NCBI GenBank assembly: GCA_032718475.1
Contig: JAUCBJ010008675.1
Span: forward strand, 1 to 64,000
Source: Nemertoderma westbladi
Taxonomy: Eukaryota > Animalia > Xenacoelomorpha
Direction of reading: 5' to 3'
DNA: 64,000 bases
Within the stretch, counting starts at the first letter, position 1. Each line of letters opens with the position of its first letter. The notes under the pieces are model-generated. The model had not been told where the DNA came from. It did no database searches and saw only the letters and a list, made by a program, of their open reading frames with translations. Positions 37,526 to 50,228 of the stretch are shown here, piece by piece. The translations under genes were made by a program, and so were the position numbers.

Positions 37526-40244
37526 CTGAAACATAAACAAATACAATAAATAAAGAAAATGTTAAGACAAGGATTAATACGCAACTAATAAATTATATAC
37601 TTTTTTACACTTTATAATAAATTTAATTTTTAGAGACTGCCTTAAAATTTGTTTCGGTAAACCGTGGATGGATACATTGTGAGCAAGTAAACAAGTGAGA
37701 TTACTTCTCACTTCTAAATAGTTCGTTAATAATATGGTAAGTTTAACAAGTAAACCTTGACTGATAACCCAAATTTCATCTTTATTCTTCGTTCCCCGTT
37801 ACGGCGACAAAAGAGATTTATAACTTTAAACGTTAAACACAATTGATGTGAGTTCGAAACTAATGCCCAATAGTGAGTAACTTTTGAAATGTTTATCTGC
37901 GTGTTTCAGGTCCAACCCACATCTTTATATAAGTTACTCAACAAACACCTGAGTTGTATAAGTGGGCAGATGATTTTATAATACGTCGCAATAGCTATTA
38001 CTTAATAAGGAGAAAGGAAGTGCAAGATTTATAAAACGTAAATCTCAAAAGCAATCATTTAGTAAGTGGAAATACTGCATTAAAGATTCTTTATAACGGG
38101 TATCATTTATTATCAGTTCGAAGACAAATTTACTTAGTAACTAACTAACACGCGTCAAGCAGTTAGTGTGTTGTTAGCTGTTGACCAAATACTAGGTGTT
38201 GGGTAATTTACGTACAAACACAGCATAGTGTTTCGTAACCATAGGCCTACACCGGTTGCTTCGATTTAATTGTTCTAAATAATTCATTTTATTCCATCGG
38301 ATAAGATATTTACCGCCCCGAGATATCAAACATGTGTTACTACTGATATAGCGGTAGGCGGTAATATTAAGGGGTCTGTCTATCTGGCAGTAAGTTTATA
38401 CAGTAACGTTGTCGGCCTAACTGCCTGCTTCAGCTGTTTATAATGTTATGTAGGGCCTAGGGTATATTTCACTATAGTCCCTTCACCAGTTTTTAAATTT
38501 CCCTCTACTACTGTATTTCTACTATTCAGGTATTGAAATTGAATAATAGCTATTTACATTGTGAACTGTGTATACAAGTTTTTATTAATGTCAACTTGAC
38601 CCCTTAATATTATTATTATTTAAAGATTTACTGACAATCATTAAAACTGTTTGACTGTAAACTGTTAGAAATCGACTCGAACGGTTCATCTCTAGTTTTG
38701 TTTATGTGAGGAGGGTTACGAGGATGTTGCCCCTATAAAAATTATCCGAATATGACAGTCCTGCATCCGAATCGAACTTGAGGATGGCCTTGTTCTTATG
38801 AACTTATAATGTGATTGATACCTTTAACTTATTTAATTGAAAAAATTATGAAACAAGTCACTGAGGGTTGAAAAAGGCACTAATTGTACCTTTTCGGCAT
38901 ATAACACCTCGTCAGTTTGTGCCAACAACTTTAACCAATTGATACTAAAGTAATTCATTTTTGAAAATATTTTTTTACACAAAAATGTTTTTCCAATGGA
39001 TAATAATAATGGAGAGATTGTTGTATAGATATATCTTTCCGTAGTTAGTTAGCATTCAATGAGCATCCTGGCAGCAATAAAACATTAGCAGCAATATAAA
39101 TTACCATTTGTGTGTAATTGGATCTTTCAGAACTACAACTGTATGTTGGGGGTTTTGTATAAAGATGTTAGATAAAGGGAGTTCGATCCGTCAGACAATA
39201 GGAGGATGGACTTACAAATAGACCTATTATAGATAATTATTGCAATATGCAGTTTCTGCGTTCAAAGCTTCTTTGGATGAAAGGATGGGATTAGCAATAT
39301 ATGATGCGGCATTATGTTGGGCATTGCGAGTAAGATATGATTAAATACACTGCGCTACATTCCTAATACAGTTAGTTGGTTGCTTTAGTCACTGAGTCAA
39401 AGACAGACATAATTTCTTGCAACGTCTTATCACAATGAATAAACAGTGAGGACAATAATAAAGTAGTGGGAACTTTTACTCAGTGAGGCTGTATACTCGG
39501 GGAGTTAATCATCTCCATATAACGATGCTGAGAAATGAGCACATGCTTCGAAATATATATTTGTCATGTGTGTTCAGAGACAGCGTGTTATATCTTTAGG
39601 AGGCTGGCTAAAGTAGCGGGGAATATGTGACGGACGGGTGGGTGGTGGTACATTGCGCACAAAGTAAGCAAATAAGATAAGATAAATTCGCAGTCACTTC
39701 GCTTCTCTGTACAATGTGACTTCCAATACGTTGACGGTGTTAATATTAATTATATAGGAAACCCAATAAGCATCTCAAGCGGATATAGACAAACATTGTG
39801 AGTCTATAATGTTAAATTCTCAATTTAGGGAAAGGAGCAGGTTACAGTGGCACGTTATTTTAACCAAACCAATAAACTAAACACAATAGAACAGGTTACA
39901 CTTTTATTTTTGAGAATAATCAGCTGTTATTTGCGTCGAATTTCCCCTGGAGAGGGATGAATTTTTATTGCGTCCAGCCCCCCCCCCCCCCCCCCCCCCC
40001 TATCTGCGATTCTGGAAGAAAGATAATCAAATAATAAAGCTTCTTAACATTTTATTAACATCAGAATGTTGAATAATCATAAATTAAGGAGTTGAAATAA
40101 ATATTCAATTTTATCAGAGATCAGACTGCTTAGTATATGTTTAGTTGAGTTTCTTTAGTTTAGTATGTTTGATTGTACACTTATGAATTTAGTGTATTAT
40201 GCAATAAGTTTAGTGCTTCCTTCACTCTATTAAATAAATCTTAC

Positions 40245-40391
40245 CTTGTAACTCGAATATCTGCTGTCTTGGAATTTATCGTCCGGTGTGGTCTCGTTTA
40301 CATTATTTGCACCAACACGATCGCCTGAAGTCGACGATCTTAATTCTTTGGAATTTGGGCCTCGAATTGTCAAATCCTCAGCAATATCCAT
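40245..40391 (-). CDS. MECOM/PRDM16: Upstream coding exon of the MECOM/PRDM16-like gene (49 codons, MDIAEDL...YSSYK)
   Basis: Acceptor TTTTACAG at 40401 and donor AAG|GTAAGA at 40244. Phase 0, joins YYSD of the terminal exon in frame with no stops. Confidence 0.65.
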
Positions 40392-41529
40392 AGCTAAATT
40401 CTGTAAAAGATAAAAAAAACTATCAATTAAAGGGTTGCAATTAAAACAGACATTGACAAATTTTTAATAACAATAAATAAAATTAAATTAAATTTAATTA
40501 TTAATATAATGCTGCAGTTCGCGCTCCTCCGGTCTAGCTCCCTCTGCCTGCGTGGAGGTCGGCGTCCGTGGCGGGGCTTGGGATTTGGAGACGGTGCGGG
40601 TTTGCGTGGCGCTGATTTGGGTAACTACTGATTACAGTAATTATTGTATTAAGTAAATTTATCAGCATTTATTAATCATTTATTCTACAGTAAATATATT
40701 ATTTTATTTACCTGAAATTATAATATAATAATAATAATAATTAATAATAATAATTATTAATATTAAAATTAAAATAACTAAATTTCTTTAAAATTTCGAA
40801 TACAATACGTTCACACTACTGCTAGTAAAACATCAATCGACTGAAAACTCACACCAGCTGTAGATTGAAATTGTATTACAGTTTCGGATGAAATTACATG
40901 TAAATCCATTTTTCGGACCATCACTTCATATTCAAAATATCAGTATTAATATCTTTCGAACTAATATCAAATGGCGTATTTTTGGTGTTTGCATTCGTTT
41001 TTATGCACCATTGCCGTTTTTCATATATTCGGGTTCGGGTTATGAATAAACTAATTTTCAACGAAAGGTAATTCAATCATTCAACAATTCATAACACTCA
41101 TAATTATTGTTGGACTTTGTCCAGATTACTGAACCTCTGGGCCAGCTAAGTGACTAATGCACATTAATCAAACACGGAAAATCCAACGTCTTTATTAATC
41201 AACATTTCAATATAACATAAGAACAAATAGGATTTAACTCTTATGTAGGGAATATTCCCCTACATTTAGTCTATTTCCGTTTCTGACTTATAATTATAAT
41301 TGTATCAGTTATTATAAAATAAAAGTCGTTCTATTGCCTATTTCATTGCGTAGGCCTTTTTCCATGGTGTAATCTATATATAACTTTGCATAATTCTGTA
41401 CAGTACAAGGACAACTCAAACATTTATTATTTGGGTGAGTGTCCTAGACTCAATTGTATAATAATTGTGACAGTACCAGTAGTTAGGTAGATGCAATCTG
41501 GAAGTACCACTTAATTAATACCTTTAAAA

Positions 41530-42180
41530 ATGATAACAAGAGGTCAACCGAAGTCAATGCAAGCACAAATGGAGGAATATCGACTTAAACTAGAAACATT
41601 CCTCTACCAGAAGAATGCATTCACGGATATTTTAACGCAGATTGAGCAGAAAACCAAAGTGAAACGAACCTACATGGCGATGGGAGTGGTCGGGGTGATT
41701 GCCGCTGGTCTCATAGTCGGATACGGGGCTCAATTCCTGTGTAACTTTATCGGGTTCCTTTATCCCGCCTATAAATCAGTAAAGGCGATAGAGACATCAA
41801 CTAAAGACGACGACACGCAATGGTTGATATATTGGGTGGTTTTCTCTTTCTTTATGCTCGTCGAGTTTTTCTCCGATATTTTTCTGTTTTGGTTTCCGAT
41901 GTACTATTTGCTTAAGTGTGTTTTCCTCCTGTGGTGCATGGCGCCCACATCTTTCAACGGTTCCACCATTATTTATAACCAAATAATTCGTCCATTCGTG
42001 TTGCGACACGAAGCTGAGATAGACCGCGCTATTGTCGACCTCAAACGGAAGGCTTCCATTGTGTACGGGGAGGCCCATCACGTAGTCTCAGACGCAGCGG
42101 GCGAGGTTGTCACAGAAATAATAAAAGATAAGATGAAAGCCGACAGCGACGTGAGTGATGATGATAATAAAGACTCATAG
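41530..42180 (+). CDS. REEP5: Receptor expression-enhancing protein 5/6 (DP1/Yop1/TB2 family), intronless CDS
   Basis: LCNFIGFLYPAYKSVKAIET..KDDDTQWLIYWVV and YYLLKCVFLLWCMAP..FNGS are TB2/DP1/HVA22 family motifs; full-length 216 aa. Confidence 0.92.
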   Translation: MITRGQPKSMQAQMEEYRLKLETFLYQKNAFTDILTQIEQKTKVKRTYMAMGVVGVIAAGLIVGYGAQFLCNFIGFLYPAYKSVKAIETSTKDDDTQWLIYWVVFSFFMLVEFFSDIFLFWFPMYYLLKCVFLLWCMAPTSFNGSTIIYNQIIRPFVLRHEAEIDRAIVDLKRKASIVYGEAHHVVSDAAGEVVTEIIKDKMKADSDVSDDDNKDS

Positions 42181-45100
42181 GTCAAAATAACTGAAACATT
42201 TTCTAAATAATTTATTTAATTAACCTAATTGTCAATTTATCTGTGGTCATTTCCATTTGGGAATGTCGTGTTCTCGTATTATAGTGATTCCCACTCCCAG
42301 TACATACAGTACAAGATATATAAATGGAATTGTTATGTGAGATTGAGATACATTTATGTTCTTTATACATTGTCGACTGTCGTAGTTTAATATTTGAAAT
42401 TAGAATTGAAATTGTTATTGTCGGATATCAAAATCTCCCGTTATTTATATTTGTAAGGTAGTGTAGTAACAGACTAGTAGTTCTTTTTGTGATATAATAA
42501 TAAGTTGAGGCGAAAGTTTCTAAAACTTTTTGCAAGAATTTCAACATCTTCAAATTACATCCACCACATCCTTCAAATTAAATTCATCTTACAAATCGCT
42601 GTCTGTGATGATCAACACTCTTAATTCACTGGTCTGTTTATACAAGATAGGGGGGGGGGGGGGGGTCTATCTATCTATTGACTTTCGTTTATTGTTTTGG
42701 TTAAAATATCGTTATCGTGCCTCTATAATTTGACCGTTTCCCTTAGTTGACAATTTAACATTGAAACGCGATATTAATTCACTGAGTTGGGATTTATCTC
42801 CCCCCCCACCCGCGTCGTTTTTATTGAATTGAAATCCTCATAATTTTCCCCCGGTACCATAAAACAGCAATGCCACTAACCACTAAATACTGGGGCACTG
42901 CGAGACAAGACACTTTTTTCAATTTAAAACATATAATACGAAAATAAATACAAACTCACTGTATCTCTTCACTCTCAACTCATAAAAAAATACGGTTGCA
43001 AAATTATCTGTACCAAATTTCATGCAATCTCATATATCCCTCCACCAACACATAGCCCAAAACCCACTTGAGACCATTAATATCTTTATATAAGGAAACA
43101 ATCCCGTCTATTTTGATTAAAAGCACATCAATAATGCGACCTCTGAGAACAATGATATAATTAGATGTAAGTGAAACGACTGCCCTTTGTCCCAGGTTGA
43201 CGTAATTGAATAAGCGGACTGTTTAGATGAGGGGGGCAGTAGGGGAACCAACTAAGTCGTCTAGAGTACCTTCTGCCTGTTTAACCGATTCACATTCCAT
43301 GAGCTTCTCTGTCAAGGCGACGCAGTCTTCCTAATTCAATTAGCTAACCTGATTGGTTGATTGAAGCGGACCGATCAGTTGCATCGCAGGTGAAATTTTA
43401 ATTACGCGAAATGAGGCGAACTTTAACTACCTACTTGAGAAGATCCAATTGAAAATGGGCACCAGTGACTTTATCGAGCGTATGACATCTTTAATTTTCA
43501 AATATTTTAATGCGCGAAGTCCTAAATTTCCTTACAATTCTCGATATAACAGGACAGCATGCTTTACACATTTTATAGTTGTTCACCGCCGTTATTAATA
43601 GCGTTTGAATATTGCAGATAATTTGAGACGCATCGCTAATTATGATCTAAGTTTATAAATTTAAGCTTTCACACTAGTCCTACACATCCTAGTTGGACCA
43701 CAATAAAATTTGCAGAATTTATAGTGTGACTTCGTGTGATGAGAGACGTATTCTTTATGAGGCTTGGTCACACTATACCACCCCCCCCCCCCCCCCCAAC
43801 CCCCTTAAGGATGGTGTATTATACATACATATCATAATATGTATTACATTTTTATTTAAAAATATGTGCCAAATATTATATCAAATTACGCATTATATCA
43901 ATCATTGCCCGGACGAATAATCAAATAGAATTACGAATCTGCAACGAGTAAATATATTGTATCTGCGCACCGCCGCACATATGGATCCCAGCAGAGTTAA
44001 TGAAAATGGTTGCAGTGCGCGCTGGGCTCCAGTTATTGTCTGACAAACAGACATTTAAACACGTGGTGGGGGGGTGGGGGGATTTATTTTAGGTCGATAC
44101 AGATTTAATCATCAACGAACCATCCCCATATATACCTATTGCATTCTATCTCTGACTGATCAACTGTGAATTCTCCCCCTTTGATTCGAATTGATTGTAC
44201 AATCTCATCAGTGGATTCCTCTCCAATCCCGAAACAATCTGCTCAACATTAAATTACAAACAATGAATGATCGAGAATCCAGAATCGAATCTTTGAATGT
44301 GATGCAATTTAGTTTAGGTACATTATCCTGGTACTGAATAGTCCAGTGAATAGCCGTTTATAGGGGAGATTCCAAGCCAATCGTTTTTTGCACACTCAAT
44401 AAATCCTCTATAATCCATCTATTGCATTCACCCGTGTGCAACCAGCCCATCTCTGTAGGTGGCAACTAAGCTCACAAGAGAAGAAACTCCGAAAGATCAA
44501 TGATACCTCAAAAAAAACTCACTTAAACAAATACGAAGTGGCTTTCCGGTCCAAAAATCAAGGAGATTGAGAGTAAGAGATGTTCGTTCAAATAATCATC
44601 CTATGTCTGCGCTGACCGGTGCATATATCCACGCTTACAATTTATCAGGACTTAAACCTTTGATCTTCTGTGATTGATCTACAAATGTATTGAGCGCGGG
44701 AAGGATCCGTCCTCGGCGCGATATAGATGGGGGGGACCGAATCTCTGCTGCACACAGGGCACACTAAATCAGATTGAATCGAACTCGCCCCTCAACATTT
44801 GCGTAAGTAAGTTTCGCTACTCTACCCTGTTCTCTATAGGAAGATGTGTTGGATGGAGAAGGAGAGGACGTGGTGTAGCTATAATCGATACCGGGCTAAT
44901 CATGCGATGCAGGCTTTTAGCGATCCCTGTATGCTCACCATCTGTTATCAGCCAACTAGCTAGGCCCCTTAGGATTAGAACTACGAAACAGTTTAACATC
45001 TCCACATTGACGGAGCAGTAGCAGTATTATTCACTATTGCCTCCCCTATTGGACCTGTTAGTGTAACAGTTAAGGTGGCAGTTTAAAGACATGATCATTG

Positions 45101-45964
45101 GAACTCAGTCAGCTGGTGTTTAAAGTGCTCCATCGAAGAACGTCGATACAGTTTATCGTTAGTCGTAGAAAGACGTCATCGATTTTCCTGGATGTGCCAT
45201 CAAAATAAGAAGTCTTACACACAGCACCCCCATACAGAACGCCATACAACAATAGCCCGAGGCGTATATATACAGGGCTAGATTTTCTGCACACAGCTTG
45301 TCATTGATCGCTTCCCATCGATTGTTCATCAATTAGAGCACCAATAGTGCCAACTAACGTCCTCAAATTATATGTTCTCTTAAATCTTTGATTGGAAGCC
45401 CGCTGTTTCATTAACCTGACACGATATAGGCTCTATTATGCCAATTTCAATGCATTATTCACAAATCGACATACACTGTTGTTTAGGTTTAAGGAAGTTA
45501 TTTTACATTTTTAAAACTGTTTTTTTTATTCTCTCTGACCATCCCTTTCTTTAGTGAATAAATTTCATGATTCAGTGTCCACCGCTCTTTAGAAATAAGT
45601 ATCACAGTTGCATATGTACTATTTCCATTCTAACTCGATGGGCATAACTGTAAAATGTATACAATCGAGCGTAACGTATGAGTAGGTTTAGTAACATCAG
45701 TAATATATTACAAAATATAGTTCTCTGTTATAACACATCACATTGTGTGCTATGTTGTAGGTGAACTTCCTGTAAACGTGTCCTCCTGATGTACGTAGGT
45801 GAATGTCCGTAGGTACATGTACTTGACAGTGCATTTGCACGCCCCTGCATTCCCGATGAAACCCCCGCAATGTCTTTTATTCTCATGGTATTTTATTATC
45901 ACTCAGGTAAATTTCCTACCCGTTGTGTCATAACAAACAAACCGAGAACTTCACTTGTAGAGAT

Positions 45965-46330
45965 AGTATAATAGATTTAGTTCCATGGTACACGGAGAGG
46001 ATTTCTATTGAAAAACGTAAGAAACGCCAATTGGAGAGGAAGTATCGGAAGCCCGGCCTTGTAGATAAAATGGCATTTCGAGATCAGTGTAATACCATAT
46101 CTAAAGCAATTGAGTCGGAGAAAGAAGTTTATTATAAGCGTACCACTTCTGAAAATAAAGGCGATCCAAAAAAAACTGTTTGGAATTATCAATAGTTTGA
46201 TATCTTCCCATACTAAAGGTGTGTTGCCTCAGCATGATACTGAAAGTGAGATAGACTTGGCAGAATCATTCGCGAACTTTTTCGAGAACAAGGTTGCTGG
46301 TATTAAAGATACTTTGGAATGTGCAAATGC
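45965..46330 (+). mobile_element. CR1/L2-group LINE ORF2 fragment (endonuclease-RT linker), frameshifted
   Basis: PWYTERISIEKRKKRQLERKYRK...YYK...NKGDPKKLFGIINSL...LAESFANFFENKV. Confidence 0.7.
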
Positions 46331-46424
46331 CAATAGTAACAGTAAAGTGAGTGATCAAAGTGTCGACTGTCATAGAGTAAGTTTAGATGTTCATGAACAT
46401 AGCAATGGAAATGTTGACGGAAAT

Positions 46425-46630
46425 GTCATGAACCCAGTAATGGTAATGGTGACGTTCGCGAACTCAGTAACGGTAATGTTGGCGTTCATGTATTCAGTAT
46501 TGGTAATGTTGACGCTCATGAACTCAGTAATGGTAATGGTGACGTTCACGAACTCAGTAACGGTAATGTTGGCGTTCATGTACTCAGTATTGGTAATGTT
46601 GACGTTCGCGAACTCAGTAACGGTAATGAA
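46425..46630. repeat. 30-bp minisatellite (about 7 copies)
   Basis: Unit approximately GAACTCAGTAAYGGTAATGKTGRCGTTCAY. Confidence 0.9.
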
Positions 46631-46994
46631 ATAAATAATGTTTGGCAATTAAATTAATTACTTAATTATATTTATTATTAATCATGTGTATTATTTCTTG
46701 TATGTATTATATAATAGTTTCCTGTAATATGAGTACAATACCATACAATTAATTAACTAGATAAATATAATATTGCTCTTCTGCATGGAAATATTGTGTA
46801 ACCATTTCGTTCATAGGTTTATTACTTACAGCATGCATTTTATATTTATATTTAGTACTTACTTATTAGGATAGAGTGCCAGCTGACCTCCTCAAGAGGT
46901 CAGTTATTATCAGTTAAAGAGGCTTGCCTCTAAACTGCCTTATATACATTATTGTATTTAAGTATGGCAATAAATAAATAAATAAATAAAAAAA
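46630..46994 (+). mobile_element. LINE 3' tail with hairpin and (TAAA)n/A end
   Basis: CTGACCTC-ctcaa-GAGGTCAG hairpin followed by GGCAATAAATAAATAAATAAATAAAAAAA. Confidence 0.55.
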
Positions 46995-49150
46995 TGTTGG
47001 CGTCCATGTTAACGTGTCCACGTGATGTACGTAGGTGTACATGTACTTACCAATGCATTTGCACGTCCCTGCATTCCCGATGATGCACTGCCTTTTATTT
47101 TCAAGGTGAATTCACTCAGGTAAATTTCCTACCCGTTGTGTCATAACAAACAAACCGAGAACTTCACTTGTAGATATGAGACACCCGCGGTTGCGTCATT
47201 AAAACCTCCGCGAAAAGCCACAGAAACCCGGAATACTAAGAGATACATAAGAGTTGCAGAATGCTCGCAACCGTAAACTCAAGATAAAAACAATCACGAT
47301 GAAGGGCTCTTAAAGCAGAATGTAAAAGAGACCGCGGCTATTGATAAGACAAAGATATCAGTTAGATCGGTTTAATGGAAACCAATGCATTCGAGATGAT
47401 GATACTGTAGTTCAAGTGCTCACAGCTTTTACGAATCTGGTTACAAAGAGATCCCATGTTCAGTGATTTGCGGAACACAACATTGTACGTACGGTATACT
47501 GTTAGCTAACTGCTGCTGCCACACGGCTGCCTTCAGATGCCTAGCTTCTTATCGCTACTAGAATGTCATCACATCAAAATATATCAAACAGGCAATTATT
47601 ATTCAGTTTGGCATAATGCACTAATGTTGGATTTCAATGCTACTATATTTTTCATTAAGTGTATAATAATTCTGGGTTGGAAAAGTGGTAGGGTGTAATA
47701 TATTACACGGTTTAACATAACAAAGGTTCCTCCCTTCGGGTCATCCGTTTCGGAGTCAGGTTTTATGAAGCAGTGGGCTCCTTTTATTCTCAGTGAATAC
47801 AACTCTATTGCAATGCATCCTAAGTGGCTCTCTCAATATGTCCCGGACATTAAACGATTCATTCCTGTGTTGGTTCTAATAATATAACAGCAACTGGAAC
47901 TACGATAGTACATTTTATTTAATGAATTTGAATCACCAAATAACTTTAATTGTGTTGGTTAGGTTGTATCTCTCATAATACTGTAGCTACTCACTCTTAG
48001 CAGAATGTTTGAACTTGGAAAAATGTAACAGGTTAATTATTAGTTACATGGCAAGTAAAGGGAGTATTTGAAGAAAGTTTTGGTACCAAAATAATGATGA
48101 ATTAAATTGCAGCCGTTTTTACATTACATTTGAAACTAGCAACTTATATTGAATTTGATTCAAATTGTATTCTGGTTGTTTCATGTGGGGCTTCTTAAGG
48201 GTGGGGGGGGGGGGGGGGGGTGGTCGGCGAGGAAAGCGCCGATTCACAGAGTTGTTCTAACCAAAACAATAAACTAAAGTGGGACAAGCTAGTTTATTTT
48301 TTGCTGGTAATCAGTAGTTATTTGCGTTGATTTCTTCCTGTAGCTGGACAAATTTTAATTGCGCCAAGAGCGCCCCCCCCCCCCCCCCCCTCAAGAAATG
48401 TATAAATAATTTCAACAAATACACATGAAAGAAACACGATTTCAGTTAGAACCGCATATTCGAGAATTATTGATTCTCGAATTTTGCAGTCATATAAAAC
48501 AAACTTATCACAAATACATGCCCTGCCCATCATCAACTTGAATACATTTTCAATTACTTCGACATATAAAGAAACCAATTATTGTAAACCAATAACACTA
48601 GCGATGACAATACCGATGGTGGGTGCACGCGTGTCCATGCCATCTTGAGCGATAATCGACTGGGTGAAAAAAGGTCTGAGCCTGCAAGGGAGAGGGAGAC
48701 TCATTGTGTGAATGGCCGACATAAAACTAATCTATACACTGTTAACACAACACAAAGAGAAGTCATCAACATGGGAACATAAGGCTGCCAGAAGACAAGC
48801 TGAGAATTCACAGAAGCTTGTTTAACCAGATGCCAGTGAACGGGCCTCAATTAGCCTTCAAGTAATGACATCTTGAAGACTCAATGCATACATACATACA
48901 TCATGTGAAAGCACTCAATGAGGCAGGCAAACTTACTACAGATTAAATTTTAAATAATTTCTCTTTAGCATGCGAGAAGTACACACGTTTAATTAACTAT
49001 CGGGAGTCGGCCTATTAACACCACGGTATGCAATTATACGATTACCAGTTGTAATTTAATTTGATGGGATATCGGAGGTTATGACAGATAATTATTATAT
49101 ACTAGTTGCGATAATTAGCCTCTAATGGTAAAATTAATATTTTTCTAAAC

Positions 49151-49583
49151 ATTCGCCCATGTGAAGAATACCAGATTTTCGGTCGAAATTCAACTGGAAT
49201 ATTTATGGCACTTATTTTTTCTATCTTATAACCTGTACATACTAATCCGTTTATTGTTTTGGTTAGATTAAGGCCTTCTGGAACCTTTTTAGTGAAAATC
49301 TGGCCCATGTGAAGAATACCAGACTTTCTGCCGTTATATTTCACTTTGCAGTTACCCCCATGTGAAGAATACCAGGTTTTCACCAAAAACACAGGTTACA
49401 GAAGGGCTGAATCTAACCAAAACAATAAACGAATTAGTATATGTACAGGTTATAAGACAAAAAAATAAGCGTTAAAACACTTAATAAAAATAAATAAAAA
49501 AAAATAAAAAATCTTCATATATAAAATTCCACTAAAAAGTCGACCGAAAAGTGAAATCCTGGTATTCTTCACATGGGCGAATT
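49151..49583. mobile_element. MITE-like element with 24-bp inverted ends and internal CCCATGTGAAGAATACCAG repeats
   Basis: ATTCGCCCATGTGAAGAATACCAG / CTGGTATTCTTCACATGGGCGAAT; motif repeated at about 49304 and 49357. Confidence 0.75.
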
Positions 49584-50228
49584 TTTATATATTAGGGTTT
49601 AAATTTTTGAAACTTGCCTGATATTTTGAGCGTCATTTATTAAGCAAGCAAAGCATAGAGGTGTGTGCCGTAGCCGTTTCTACCTTTTGTATTCAATGCA
49701 CATAGATATAATAGGAATAACAAAGCAATCGACCTTGAACTTAGTAGCTATAGGGTCATACTCAGTTGGAGAGGTCAGACAATATGTATGATGGCGTAAC
49801 GAAACTAAACCACGTCTTTGAAGGTGAAGTGCTTTGTGTTGGAGTGACAATGAATGGTGACGATATTAAATGTGATTTTTGATAATAATTTTTTAAATGG
49901 TTTATAGATTCTTGTATAAATAAATGTTGCAAAATATATAACTATTCATTGTTGGAAAAAAAACACATAAGTTATATTTTGTTGGATCGGAGCAATAAAT
50001 TTTCCAAAATTATTTTTGATTTCATGAGCCAAATCCATAACCTTCCATACTAAAGTCGCACGTGGTGGACAATAAGGCCTGCGTATTGTGCAGATTAGCT
50101 CACTTGGGGGGGCCCCTATTAACCGGGGATCCTTTATTGTTACCAGAGACCCCTATTATAAGGTTTGGTGGGGGACTAGACTGAAATCTGGGATGCGAGT
50201 GGAGACGCAATCACGTCCAATAACTCAA

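Larger units (their letters stand above)
45775..47175. repeat. Direct duplication of 165-190 bp (45775-45962 and 47011-47175) bracketing LINE fragments
   Basis: CACTCAGGTAAATTTCCTACCCGTTGTGTCATAACAAACAAACCGAGAACTTCACTTGTAGA is identical in both copies; upstream parts are similar with indels. Confidence 0.85.

Noticed and set aside
46110-46648. Repetitive membrane protein ORF
   Set aside because: The hydrophobic repeats are translation of a 30-bp minisatellite fused to a LINE fragment.
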